Assembly (NCBI GenBank): GCA_964016885.1
Contig: OZ024745.1
Location: forward strand, 42,036,001 to 42,100,000
Length of the DNA: 64,000 nt
From: Eledone cirrhosa
Lineage: Eukaryota
Direction of reading: 5' to 3'
A model generated the notes under the pieces. That model had not been told where the DNA came from. It made no database searches and saw only the letters and a program-made list of their open reading frames with translations. The translations under genes were made by a program, and so were the position numbers. Positions 1 through 13,432 of the stretch are shown here, piece by piece. Numbering within the stretch: position 1 is the first letter of the stretch; each line of letters opens with the position of its first letter.

Positions 1-601
1 ATATATGTTTAACCAGTCAAATAGAAACATACGTGAGTACACTATTCCACGGTCACTAACACATTTAATTCAAGGACGCCATTTCAAATCTAGAAAGATT
101 TATTTCAAATATTGGCATGCTCAATTGTTTTCTTAAAGTTTCAGTTTGAGCAATACCTTGTGAAGGAAATTTAGTTGGAGTAAGGTGTGAGAAATTCCAC
201 CATATATATATATATATATATATAGCCACACTATCTATAGCATCTTGGAGCAAAACCCGTTGATAACACGACTGCCTTGTTCATCATCTCACCAGAAGCC
301 CAACATTCTTTATGTAGGCGGACAGTACCTGATTTGGAGTCGCAGAAACCAATACTGGATTTTACCATCAGTCCAGGGTCCGGGAAAGTATCAACACATA
401 TATTTTTATTGTTTGACCCGAATTACTTCGTCGTTTTGTTTTGGCTGTGCGGATGATATGTTTAACCATCATCTCAGTGTGTTTGGCCCTTAACGTATGT
501 TGTAGCTCTGATTCATATGATTCATCGAGCGCTTGCCACACATATCGGACGTTGATTTTCGTTAATTCCTGAGGTGAAAACGATTCTCGCTAATTTATAT
601 T

Positions 602-603
<2 letters not shown>

Positions 604-693
<90 letters not shown>
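604..693. repeat. (TA)n-(GA)n compound microsatellite
   Basis: Direct reading of dinucleotide runs. Confidence 0.95.
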
Positions 694-696
<3 letters not shown>

Positions 697-1117
697 GTAT
701 CGTATGCTTTTGCTGTTTAGTACACAACTTAAAACACATCAAAATTAATTATCACCTCTATTGCTGATTATATGCAAATTAGTATGTCCATTTCAGTGAT
801 ATTACTATGTGATAGAGTATATACTCTCTTAGTTACGTATTTACTTTTGCTTGTTTGGGTGATAGAGATATCCTCAGGGGAAATGTTCGAAAATCCGTTC
901 AACATATTATTTTTCCATTTTCAAGGAAATGCGTGAAATAGGACATGTTTACACGTCAATATACCCAACGTATAAATTAATATACACAATTACACAGTCA
1001 CAGTTATCTCTGCACTGTATATATACAGTATATACAGATACATATTTAGCGTATAGTTTCAGTTGCTTCCTAGAGAAAAGATTATGTTTGGGAGAGAGAT
1101 GTAAAAGGAAGATAGAC

Positions 1118-1170
<53 letters not shown>

Positions 1171-1209
1171 ATATACACATACACGCGCGCGCACACACAC
1201 ATACATACG

Positions 1210-1260
<51 letters not shown>

Positions 1261-1361
1261 GTTGGTTTTGATGATAAGCGTTTCAGATGTTCGATGAACA
1301 GTCTACATGTGAAATTTATGTGCACATAGTTGAGCATTCCACAGACACGTGCACCCTTAAC
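1261..1361 (-). mobile_element. Fragment of SINE family B 3' domain
   Basis: gtgaaatttatgtgcacatagttgagcattccacagacacgtgcacccttaac matches the blocks at 5075-5135, 40222-40262 and 54330-54372. Confidence 0.6.
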
Positions 1362-2817
1362 TTATATATATATATATATAAAGAAGGCGAGGATGTGAGT
1401 GAGAGAGATGGAGAGAAAGATAGTAATTAAAAAAAGTGAGTGGTTAATTATGTGCATGGTTATCAATATAGTTTCAAGCATACAAGTGTTCTTCTATAGG
1501 TGCTATGTCGTATATCGTTCCATTAGCATTGCTTGTATTCAGCCTGACACACATAGATACGCAGTTACGCTCACATAGATAAATATACACGCACACACGC
1601 ACATTTTTACGAAAAAAAAAGCAAGAAGACGTTGAACAATCTCGTGTGAGTAGCTGATTTTCTGATTTTCTAAACAGCTAGAAGTTCATACTGACTTCCG
1701 TGTATTTAGTTTGTTTAAGTAAGAAATGTATATAAATTCACAAGTTCTGTTTCTTTTTAACAAGAGGCATATAATTGGTCTGCTGCCGAAAAGACATAAA
1801 AATGAATTGGAAAGTATTAGATTCTTTCTTTCTATATTTTCACTTCTTTCCCTCTCTATTCCTCATTTCAAGAAAAAAAAAAAGAAGAAAGAAAAAATGC
1901 AAAATAGCAACTTTCAAGGCCAAGAGTCATTTTCGAAGTCTCCTTTACTCAATGGTAATTAATATCCAGCTGTTTTGATATGTGCCCTTCTAATTTTTTA
2001 AGGGACTCTTCAAGCTAAATGTTATTTTGGAAAGAAATAGGCCTCACCCACCCCGGACCTAAAAAACTTACGCTATATTGGCAAACGTCTGGCAATGACT
2101 TTTATCTTTAGTTCATTTTTTTTTTTTTTTTTTTTTTTAAATATCATCCGGGTTTTAATTTACAATAATTCGTCTGTAGTGTGGAAATGAGACAGGCAAA
2201 GAAAGCAACCATTACTTTTCCTTTAGTAGGATTAATATGGAAAACCATAAAATAAAATGAAAGGGAGAATTTTATGCTTTGGAATATATTGATTGTTAAT
2301 AGAGTAAAAAGAATCTCCTTGTAAGCTGACACTTACTATTTCACCAACACATTATGTGTCTCACTTCTCCCTTTCTTACTCTCATTCCTTTTATCTCTAT
2401 ACACACACACGTATAATTGAAATGTAGTCGTCCCCACGTAAATTACTGTAAGTAATAGTTGAAAAAATCAGCTAAAAACGCTTGCAGACAGAAAAAAAAC
2501 AAGTGAATAGAAGCGTCTACGAAGAATCAAACAATGCATGGCGAGCAAGTACGTTAACCATTACTCTAAGTGGTGCCTGGCCCCCGATTATTGTCCTTTA
2601 AAAAGTGTTAAGCCTGTAGCTAGAAACGTGAACAATACCCTGACTTAAAAATCAATGGAGACAGAAAATGTGGACGGAATGTGTACCTTATCCGTCTCCT
2701 GGGGTACTTGACCCAATTTTCTCAACTTTTGTTCATAGTAATTGAATATTATCATTGTTATTTACTTAGGGACGATTCCCAATGCTTCTTATGTAAACTG
2801 TATGTTCATATATACAT

Positions 2818-2821
2818 ATGT

Positions 2822-2875
<54 letters not shown>

Positions 2876-2898
2876 GCGTGTGCGTGTGTGTGTGTGTA

Positions 2899-2961
<63 letters not shown>

Positions 2962-2977
2962 CTCTGTGTGTGTGTGC
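2818..2977. repeat. (TG)n microsatellite
   Basis: Direct reading. Confidence 0.95.
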
Positions 2978-3014
2978 AAGAAATAACAAAGCAAACTACA
3001 TGGTAGAATGACGA

Positions 3015-3095
3015 AATATATTAGTTTAACACTTGATATAGTAGGAAAAGAGTCTTAACGTTTCTGACACTGGTCCTTCATCAGGAAATAGAATG
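3015..3095 (-). mobile_element. Short Penelope-like relic (family B) with degenerate minimal hammerhead
   Basis: Minus strand reads ttc-CTGATGA-aggaccagtgtca-GAAAC-gtta...aagtgttaaactaat; homologous to 13355-13432 and more weakly to 51925-51992. Confidence 0.6.
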
Positions 3096-3126
3096 AGAAG
3101 TTATAGAATATATATATAGAGAGAGA

Positions 3127-3160
<34 letters not shown>

Positions 3161-3165
<5 letters not shown>

Positions 3166-3357
3166 AACCAGTAAGACCCCGACAGCTGAGCTCAAGCCGT
3201 TTCGACGGCTAATTCTGGACAGTCCAGAATTAGCCGTCGAAACGGCTTGAGCTCAGCTGTCGGGGTCTTACTGGTTCCTATTACCCACTCTACTACCTCA
3301 AGTATTGAGTACTTTGGTGCGTTATGGTCCACCTGGTTCCTTACCACATTTCCTTCG

Positions 3358-3359
<2 letters not shown>
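3161..3359 (+). mobile_element. Non-autonomous Penelope-like element (family A) with perfect 60-bp fold-back and hammerhead 3' half
   Basis: 3161-3220 is the exact reverse complement of 3222-3281 (1-nt spacer). Contains GAAACGGCT-TGAGCTC-AGCTGTC. Flanked by (TA)n on both sides; homologue at 13049-13217 (-). Confidence 0.8.
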
Positions 3360-3422
<63 letters not shown>

Positions 3423-3424
3423 AA

Positions 3425-3466
<42 letters not shown>

Positions 3467-4093
3467 TTTATATATATATATATATATATAAAGAATATAA
3501 TAAATTGGAGTGAAAGCAACTGCCGCGTGTGTTTCTTATTGGCAACATGACCCTCCCAAAGTATAACAATATATATATATATAAAATTAGAAACCTTCGT
3601 TATAAAAAGAATGAAGTCTAGGGGATTTCCACTATTCCTCTGTACACAGAAACACAGTGAAATTAACTTTATGCATTTCAGAAGAATCATACTATAGCAA
3701 AGCTCTATGTCAAGCAGGAAGTAGAATGATGTGGTCAGTCTAACTTGCAAGACTGCACTTTTATTTTTACCAAATATATCTTAAATTTTCAAGTAAGTCT
3801 AGGGTCAAATATCTATCACAGTTTTGTTGACAATGGGACTACCCCATTACTCTTAATATTAACCTTAACTAATTCCACTTCTCATCATACACACTTTCAT
3901 CTCTAATTAATTACTGACTGCACTCCATCATAATTACCAGTATTTTTCTTGCTTTTCCAGCCCACTTTTGAAATTAATTCATCCTTCCCTCCATAGAACA
4001 GAACGATGTGTTCGAATTGAATGAAGCATATAGCTGACGAAACTGTCAATAAAACTATTATGTATATGTATCCACATATATATGCATATATAA

Positions 4094-4192
<99 letters not shown>

Positions 4193-4197
4193 CGTGC

Positions 4198-4289
<92 letters not shown>

Positions 4290-4308
4290 GTGTGTGTTCG
4301 TGTGTGTA
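4094..4308. repeat. (TG)n/(TGCG)n microsatellite
   Basis: Direct reading. Confidence 0.95.
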
Positions 4309-5041
4309 ACTCACACACGCACATATAATTACGGAAGCATGTGCGTACACATATTCAGAAATTATCGATAACTTAAGCGCCTCGCACATCAAATGCTATG
4401 TTGTCACTATAGGACATAATTGGCGTCATAGTAGTTATTTTTCTTCCTTTATTGTGTCTCGAGAAATGGCAGCACTATGGTAGCGTTGATTTCTTGTCGG
4501 CATTGCTGCCACAAACAGAAGTCACAAACATTAAAAGTAAAACAGATGCATTTGTTACTATTTCTCTTTCTCTTCAATTACGAATGGAGTGTGATGAGAA
4601 ATATTGGCTCATAAATCACAAGCAGGAGTTGACGTGTCTTAAAGGGAGCATATATTAAATTTAACGAAAACAAAATCTCTTCATTCTGAATGACATACTT
4701 GTCACAGTCTGTGTGCATTATTGTTGATTGCTCAAAACACTTTACCCAAAAAAACTACTTCAGTAAAAAAAATACATACATGTGATGTTGAAACTTAAAG
4801 TTAGTGCTGCAGATACAAATGATGAAACACTGTCCTCATGAAAATATACTGTTTCTACATTCACACGAGTTCACATGCTGGAGGAGTGTATAGTCGATTA
4901 ATTACAGTCGATATATTTTATTTATTTTATATATTTATTTATTTATTTTATATTGCAATGGAGGGACAACAGGCTACAGGTTCTCAACGAGACAATAACT
5001 GGTTCACTGAATTAGAATGGTCCTCCATCGCTTTAAACAAT

Positions 5042-5320
5042 GAATGATCCTGTTATTTGATCAACGGAACAACCAGCTCATGAAATTAATGTGCAAGTGG
5101 CTGAGCGTTCCACGTAATTCTCAGGGAGATTCAGTCTGACCCAATGTACGACAATGTTTACCCATTGAATTAAAAGTACAAGTCCATTCGACAGGCGTCT
5201 AAACAGTTTCTGTCTACCCAATTTCATTCGGAAAGCATAGGTCGAATGAAACATGCCCAAGATGCCCAGTGGAATCGAACTTAACGATTGTGAAACGAAC
5301 CTTTTAACAATTCAGCTATG
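5042..5320 (-). mobile_element. tRNA-derived SINE family B, decayed
   Basis: Minus-strand head with B-box-like gttcgattcc; 3' domain aattaatgtgcaagtggctgagc shared with other copies. Confidence 0.65.
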
Positions 5321-5496
5321 TTTTGTCCACATTTCACTATATTACAGACTGCGAGAGCGACAAAAGTTAGTTCATTATTTGGTGTAGAGTAAATATGGCC
5401 ACGTAGTTCGCTAAAAGGTCTTTTAGTTTTCTCGTAAAACAGCTGAACATGTTTTAATCAGAAATCTTCATTAACTCTCATTATTTAAAGTATCAA

Positions 5497-5683
5497 GGAG
5501 GTGGATTGGCAGTATCGGTAGAGGGTCAGACGCCATGCTTTGATGCATAGAGTTACGGCCCTTGCCATTCTGAGTTCAAATCCCGCCGAGGTTAACTTTG
5601 CCTTTCATCCTTACGGGGTCGATAAAATAAAGTACCAGTAATGTACTGGTGTAATTGCTGGCCTTGTGCCTAAAGTAGAAACA
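5497..5683 (+). mobile_element. tRNA-derived SINE family A, full length
   Basis: A-box-like tggcagtatcgg, B-box gagttcaaatccc, body ctttgcctttcatccttacggggtcgataaaataaagtacc, tail ggccttgtgcctaaagtagaaaca. 17-bp TSD attatttaaagtatcaa at 5480-5496 and 5684-5700. Confidence 0.9.
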
Positions 5684-5700
5684 ATTATTTAAAGTATCAA

Positions 5701-5876
5701 AGGCAGTATCGGTAGAGGGTCGGACGCCATGATTTGACGCATAGAGTTACGGCCCTTGCCATTCTCAGTTCAAATCCCGCCGAGGTTAACTTTGCCTTTC
5801 ATCCTTACGGGGTCGATAAAATAAAGTACCAGTAATACACTGGGTGATTGATGGCCTTGTACCAAAAGTAGAAATA
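5701..5876 (+). mobile_element. tRNA-derived SINE family A, slightly 5'-truncated second copy
   Basis: Same body as 5497-5683; followed by a third copy of the target site (5877-5893, one mismatch). Confidence 0.9.
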
Positions 5877-6769
5877 ATTATTTAAAGTATTAATGAATTT
5901 AATTCTATTAACATTCATGCAATTCAATTATAGAAACATTAAATGTTCAGATTGAATAAACATATTGATATACTTGTACTGGATAAAAATATTCAGGGTC
6001 ACCAAAGCAAACACTTTATGCCTAATAGGAAACTTTCATTACTCTTGAAAATATTAAAGGGTCACAAGTTGGTAATGTTTCAAATAAGGTAATAATTGTA
6101 GCCAAATGAGTAATTAATGTCTGGTGTCAATATCTTAAATTCGAAAGTTATCAAGGCTTATTTTACTTTTAGTGGTAATTACCCAAGTCAGAAAGTTTGT
6201 GGACCAGGACTGGATCCAAGTTTCATTTTGTTATTGTGGTCGATGCATAAGTAACTCGAAAATAGAAAAGCATTTTTTTTTCTCTTACTCTGAAGTCAGC
6301 AAGATGAGTAACCATTGATATGTATCGCTGAAATGGAAGATACAAACATTCGATTTTTTCCTTATTAGTTTATTTGAATGTAAAATAAAGAAATAGTTCT
6401 GTAGTTTATTTTATTGCCCTATAAACACCCTGTATTTTCACTTAATCATTTATATACTTAATTATTTATATACTCTTAAGTGAGATGAAAAATATTTTTT
6501 CGATAACTGCTTCAGTCTCTTTTAGATAGTAACATAGATTGTTGAAAAAGTGTAAATTACATTAATTTGGTTTCTATCGTTAGGTGTTAAAATCAGTATT
6601 ACTTATATGAAAAGATTACCATTAAATAACACAACTGGTCAGACATTTAGCCACGCTTAAGAGATAACAACAGTTGCTGGTAATTGATAGGTAGCAGGTT
6701 CAAACTATATTTAATATTTAACATCTGAACATCAGTTATTATTCGTATTATTTAATCTAAAAACACCTC

Positions 6770-6935
6770 TGATCAAGATTAAAGGCATTGAAGCCATGAT
6801 AATCTCGACCTTTTCGTGAAAAGTTCATCATCTCCAACAATACCATGGTCTTTTTTAAAAGAGGTTTGAAGGAGATTTGGCTGCTATTTCTAGCAGATGG
6901 AGTGAACTTGTAGAAAGATTCTTCGATGGGTCGTT
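6770..6935 (+). mobile_element. Old interspersed repeat family C (gatttggctgctatttctagc motif)
   Basis: The motif recurs near 7790, 9165 and 30880, and inverted near 50910. Class undetermined. Confidence 0.55.
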
Positions 6936-8815
6936 ATTAAACTCATAGGGGTGTTGTCATTTCTATCTCCTACCCATCTCCTCAGTATATGCTGATACTT
7001 ATTGTGTCGATGCAGACGAATGAAAGTCAGTATCAGCTTGGTTTGATTTCAGCACGTGAAGGGACTTAGCTGTACATTGCAAGGCCTTTTGTCTGGCATT
7101 ATAGCTATTCTATCGTTTACTCTTTCAAAATCTTCTAAATCTGGTGAAAATTTTATTCCGGATTGGATATATTACATAACTTTGGTAGCGATTAATTTCG
7201 AGATTTATTTTTACTGAGGTAAATATATAATTTAATCTTTTTCTTCTCTTGATAACCAAATTACAAATGACAAAGTAGAGAAAGTTTCATTTAAGAGTTG
7301 TTCAACACATGCTCTACGTAGTAATTTTAAGAGGGAGTATTGGTTGGTTTTATTACTTTTCGGTTGATATATGTTTGATTTTAGCGACTGTGTATGATGT
7401 CCGAGTGCATGTATCTATTAAACATTAAATTATATTTGAAACAAACATCCCCTTGTATGACTGGACGTCATAAACTCAATGAAATAGTGATTGCCTCGCT
7501 GGAAACCAGTAACCAACCACACTACTGTTTACTAATTGCAATATTAACTTTAAATATAAACATAAACTGAACCGAGATAACATAAATGAAAACAAAATAG
7601 GAATTATTCAAAAGGTTGCTTGACAATACCACACAAACAGACTCATTGTTATCGTTTAGCCCAAATAGGATCTGATAAAGCAGACCTATGAATAACCACA
7701 TTCTAGCTATGGCCGCATAATATGAGATTACATTATACAATACGATAATGTTTATTCTTTTAAGACGATGTGCAATGATTAGATTTGGGAGTGATTTAGC
7801 TGCTATTTATTTGGTAACAGTTGAAGCTAACACGTACAAGCTTCCACATTGGTTTAATCATTTTTCTTGCTATTGTTGTAGTTCAATACCAGAATATTTT
7901 TGTTGTTTTATGAGCTCTGATCTACCAAATCATACAATGATACCCGAACCAAGTATATTCCATTTGATTTTCAAACCTAGTGTGTCTAGGTCTACAGTAT
8001 TTGATGAGATAGTTGACGGCTATTTATAATACCAGTTATTTTTTATCTGTAAATCTACGACAAAAATAGCACCAAATCTTCAGTTCTATGTGTTGAACAA
8101 GACTTGAAAACGTTTAAATGATTGTAAAAAAATCGTATTATTGCAGTAGTTGTGCATGCTATAGAAGGTATATATTAATTAAATTTCATTTCTTTAGTTT
8201 TTGCCAAATATCATACATGTGTAAGAATACATGGTTCATTTTCATTGCATTTTTCTCTCGTGTTCCTTGTGACCGAGATGATTTTTGTTTTTGATAATTT
8301 ATTTTTATCTAACGTTTTAAAATAATGTTTCAGAAATTTCATTGCAGTTTATAATCTCCTTACTTGTTAGTATATAGTTCTATGCATGTCAACTGTATAT
8401 AACCAGCAAAGGATCAGTAGTTATTCTGGCCGTAAAAGTTTTTACAGAGATCAAATTTCATTTTAAGGCTAGAAAACCAATACGAACCGACGAATAAGAT
8501 ATTTTATGTATATCATTCCTTCCTGTATATTTTTTACACTTGATCTTAATTGTCTTCACGTTCGCATACAAAAACGTTAGTTAACTGCTTTTGCACACAC
8601 ATACGAGCGCATACTCATACACATACGCACACGAACACACACACGCACACACACATATATATATACACATACACACAGACACACACACATATATATATAT
8701 AGAGAGAGAGAGAGACATTTGAATGTATATATATATTTTATTGGTACATCTTTTTATGCGTGCCCAACTAAAGTTTCTGAATTTTCTACACACAATCAGT
8801 TACACTTGTGTAAAG

Positions 8816-8850
<35 letters not shown>

Positions 8851-9262
8851 ATTTATATATATATATATACATATATATTATTTTGGCTTCTTTCTTTCAA
8901 ATTTAAATGCTTGTATTGATATGAGCAGGGGTTTAAGTTCTGTTGCTTGTTTGTATAATTGCACTAGAGTGTCATGCAAATATATACCAGACACAATAAT
9001 AACCATAAACAGACTTCTTACTTCCTACGCCGCCAAAATATATTTTTCACAAAGGTTATAGTCGTTATGTAACTCCAGATCAACCATTATCGAGCAGGAG
9101 ACTTATCATTATATTACTGAATGTGCCCTTTCTTGTCTATAAGGTAGACTTGACTTTTGGGGATATTTGTCTGCTACTTCAGTCCGGTGGAGTGACTATG
9201 TAGGGATTCTTGCAAAGTTGAAAACAATAGTGATATATTCACTTTTAAGACAGCTTTCTATT

Positions 9263-9474
9263 ATATATATATATACATACATACACGTATTTATACATAC
9301 ATACATGCATGCATACATACACGTATTCATACATACATACATGCATACATACATCCATCCATCCATCCATCCATACATACATACATACATCCATCCATAC
9401 ATACATACATACAAACAAACATACATACATACATACATACATACATACATACATACATACATACATACATACAT
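9263..9474. repeat. (CATA)n/(CATC)n microsatellite
   Basis: Direct reading. Confidence 0.95.
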
Positions 9475-12400
9475 GTGTGCAGGTAAAAATGCTCAGGAGG
9501 GTGAGGGTGTTTGCGTGAAGTGTATAATTACATATATTGTTACGATTTTCTGTTTTGCTTTTCGGTGAAACCTAAACATTGTAAATGGAATAATAGATAT
9601 AAAACTGTGAATCAGTAAGTAGAATCGAAATTAATGTTCCCTGGAAACTTAATCTATTATCTGGTATACATCATATCGTTGTGTCACTACATATATCAGT
9701 ATATCTACACTTCGGATCGGACTGGAAGTTGAGTTTTTTAACGTCATGGAAGCTGAAGCAATATATTGTGTTTTGTATATCCGTTGTGTACCACAATGGA
9801 ATGTGGTACACTGAAAATTAACTGACTATGAAAAGTACCACGTTTCTCCTATATATGCACAGGTAAGCAGGCACATAAACAAGCACGTATAAATTGATAG
9901 AATCTTACACATAGAAATATGCAGAAATATATACATATATAACAATACAAAAGAACTCAGACAAATATACATAGATGCATCTATGCAAACATATTTGTAC
10001 ACACATTCAAATATGCATTGATACCAAGCTCCTTCAACCATTTCTGATTTATGCATACATACATCACATAATAGAGGTGTAACAACAAAGAAAGAAACTA
10101 GAATGGGGAGTGAGTGAAAGTTGAAAAATAACTTAAAAGTAATCAGAAATGAACAAATAAAGCGCATACACATTCTCACAATTCATTTCTATATTAAAAA
10201 AAAGTATATATTTGAAACTCTTTGTAAGAAGAAAACCAAAACACTTCACATATCACTTGCTGCTTTCCTTGCTTTCTTCACGGGAAGTCTTAGCGTTCTC
10301 GTGTTTGTTTTACATCTTCTTGTGGATCGTCATACGAAATAATTCTGATTATCGTTTTCAGTGACTGGAAATACAACGGGGCGGCTGAGGACAAGGATAG
10401 CTTTACAGGCAACTACGCTGCTTTGTAAAATACATGTAATGTCTGACGACTAAACAACTCCGATTTCATCGTTATTATATAACATTAAATAAATGAAAGA
10501 GAAGGGGAAAATTTTAAAGTAAAAATATCCTCAAAAAGCAACACTAAATGAATAAGAAAAAAGTTGTGTATGCGTGTGCGTGTGTTTATATCTGTGTATG
10601 TATTAATAAATGAGATTGTATATGTGAGGGATAAAGCTCAGATACAGCCCCCAGATATGATGGTTAGCTGCGATATAAGCGGGCTCCTGCCGGATAAATA
10701 AGCAGCCCCGGACCATCAACAGTACACTACTAGAAGAGATAGAGCAATGGATGACAGTGTTAGCTCCCAAGAAAGCTCTCAGATCCCATTGATGTAGCTA
10801 CGAGGAGGCGAGTAAAAGCTGCCTCTAAAAGGCATCACACGGGTGACTGGCGCGAATAAAACCACTAAAACGATTGCGATATGATTAATGTCATAAAAAC
10901 ATTCGTGTCGCATCGTCCTTTGCGTGTGATAACAAGGAGCGCATTCAGGTATTAGGTAGAGGGGTCTATTGCAGTCTCTATCCAACGCCATGAGAACTGG
11001 TGATGGGCCTACGACATGCTCTGGGAGGCGTGGGATAGACGCACAGGGGTTGCGTATCCCAGACACCAAAGAGCGACTAGAAAGGATATAGTCGGGGTTT
11101 CCTCAACAATGTTCTGTGGATCTGGCACTCAAGATCTGGTATGGTATTATAAATGACTGCATAGACAAGAGTTGGGATACTTATAAGTTCCAGAGTATCG
11201 GAATGTGTTATGGACTGGATCCTATTGGTGGGGGCGGTGCTTCTTGAAGCTTAGGCAGAAAGATATGTCTCTGTGGGAGGCACAAGTTTATGCACCAATA
11301 AATAAACATAGTTTAAAGGTGACTGGGGGCAATAATTTGAGTAAGTTATCATCTCTGATCTCTTTGATTCTGTGCCTTGTGATCATATTACATGAGGGGC
11401 TGAGTTGTCAACTAATCACCATCAAATTATCTGCAACTTGAGACTACCTAAAGGCACGAAACCCTTACCTATGGTAATAACCAATATAATACGGTCGCGA
11501 ATACAAGCGGCGGAAATGGGCTTCATCTGAAGGGTCTTTGGAGTAACCTTGATGGATAAAATGCATTGTTCGGAAATCAGGGAGTCGCTACTGCTGGAAC
11601 AAGAGGATGATGTCGTCATCTAGAAATCACACATGGCCGTATGAGGCTGTTTGCTTGTAAACAAACCGAATATTAATATTATTATTCTTATGTTATTATT
11701 CACTCACGAATACATTTAGGAATTCACCATGTTAGAGGGAAAACAAATTTTGTTTTAAATAAAATCAAAAATAGACAAAAGTGGTTGAAAAGTGATAAAA
11801 TCTCACAAAAATAAAATAACTAAAAATCGAAGAAATATCAAGATAAATAAACAAACAAAAAAATAAAGAAAAATGAAAGAAACAAAAAATGAATATCTTG
11901 TTAATGGTTATTGTGAAAAGAGAATTTTTCTTTTCTTACCGCTGTCTTGCCGTAAGCGGTACCTTTTAGATTGGAAATTGAAATATTTTCTTAACAATCT
12001 ACACTACATTATATCAATGTATACACGTGATTTACCAGATTTAATCTACATATGAACGTTTTGTGACATACGACTTTTCATTCCCACCCTTTTATATCAA
12101 TTTAAATGTTCCATGTATTTTTAAAATATATTCATCGTTTCTTCAGCACATTTTTCTCATTCCCGTTTGTCTTTCGTACTATGTTCCCTCCAGTAAATAT
12201 CTTTTTCTCACCTGACTCTACATTTCGTTTATTTTTACTATGTGTGGTTCTTTTCGGCCACTCTTCTCTCTTATATTTCCCTTCTTATGTTCCTTTCATC
12301 TATCGATCTTTAACTTTATCCCATTTCACCTTCTCTTCAACGAAACAGTATTATACCCAATTGTTATATTATCAACGGGGAACTAAATGGTGTGTGAGCT

Positions 12401-13048
12401 TTTCAATGTAGTTATACAGCTGAACATTACAAAGATATTAGCAGAAGACAATAATTTTTTCTGCGAAAAACCACGTAATAATTTCATGTTACCAGCTTCA
12501 CAACTTTTCTCTCTCCAGGTACGGAGCCATTGTATCAGTAAAATCACCTTCCAGACTATACAATAATGCATTCAAAAAAAAAGAAAGTTAATTTAGTAGC
12601 TATATATATATACATTACCTGAAAAAATGATAGGTTAATAAAGGTTTAACAACAGAAACAAAAAAAAATCTAATATATCGACGATCAGTCAACGAACATG
12701 AGAAAATGAATTTGAAACTGAAAATTGAAATGAAACAAGGATGAGTTTCACTAAGCAGGAAGTATTGTGTTGAACGAAAGGAAAATAACCAATTTTCTAT
12801 TCAGTTTATTTTTAGTTCTGACCGTGTCTGAGGAATTCTTTCTGAATATATTCCAAATATTTCGTATATCCAGAAATGGCAAAAAGGATGTATGTGGTTC
12901 TATTTGAAATAGACAGAATCAAAATCTAGAGGGAAGTACTCAATATATGGAGGAGAGTGAATATATTTTCATTTATTAAATTAGTGACTTTTATAGGACT
13001 GGTTCTGTTCCCTCTCTAAGAATACGTATAAGAAGTATATATATATAT

Positions 13049-13217
13049 AACGAAGGAGGTGTGGTAAGGAACCAGATGGACCATAACGCACCAGAGTACT
13101 CAATACTTAGAGTAGTAGAGTGGGTAATAGGAAAACGTTTAACCCCGACGGCAGAGCTCATGCCGTTTCGGCTATTTCTGGACTAAATTGAATTTAGTCC
13201 AGAAATAGCCGAAACGG
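13049..13217 (-). mobile_element. Penelope-like family A copy with perfect 27-bp terminal fold-back and hammerhead 3' half
   Basis: Reverse complement aligns to 3222-3359. Arms 13163-13189 and 13191-13217. Minus strand reads GAAACGGCA-TGAGCTC-TGCCGTC. Confidence 0.8.
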
Positions 13218-13226
13218 AATGTTATG

Positions 13227-13320
<94 letters not shown>

Positions 13321-13354
13321 AACAGTAATCGAATGAGTGATACAATACATTTGA

Positions 13355-13432
13355 GACATATATTAGTTTAACGCTTAATATAGAGGGAAGGAATTCCAAA
13401 CGTTCCTAACGCTAGTCCTTCATCGGGATATG
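13355..13432 (-). mobile_element. Penelope-like family B relic, degenerate hammerhead
   Basis: Minus strand atc-CCGATGA-aggactagcgtta-GGAAC-gtttggaat...aagcgttaaactaat; homologous to 3015-3095. Confidence 0.55.

Noticed and set aside
4464-4511. tggcagca...tgctgcca hairpin as a pre-miRNA
   Set aside because: Only an 8-bp stem; no recognised mature miRNA.
5497-5590. A/B-box sequences as tRNA genes
   Set aside because: They are SINE heads with no intact cloverleaf; no genuine tRNA gene was identified in the window.
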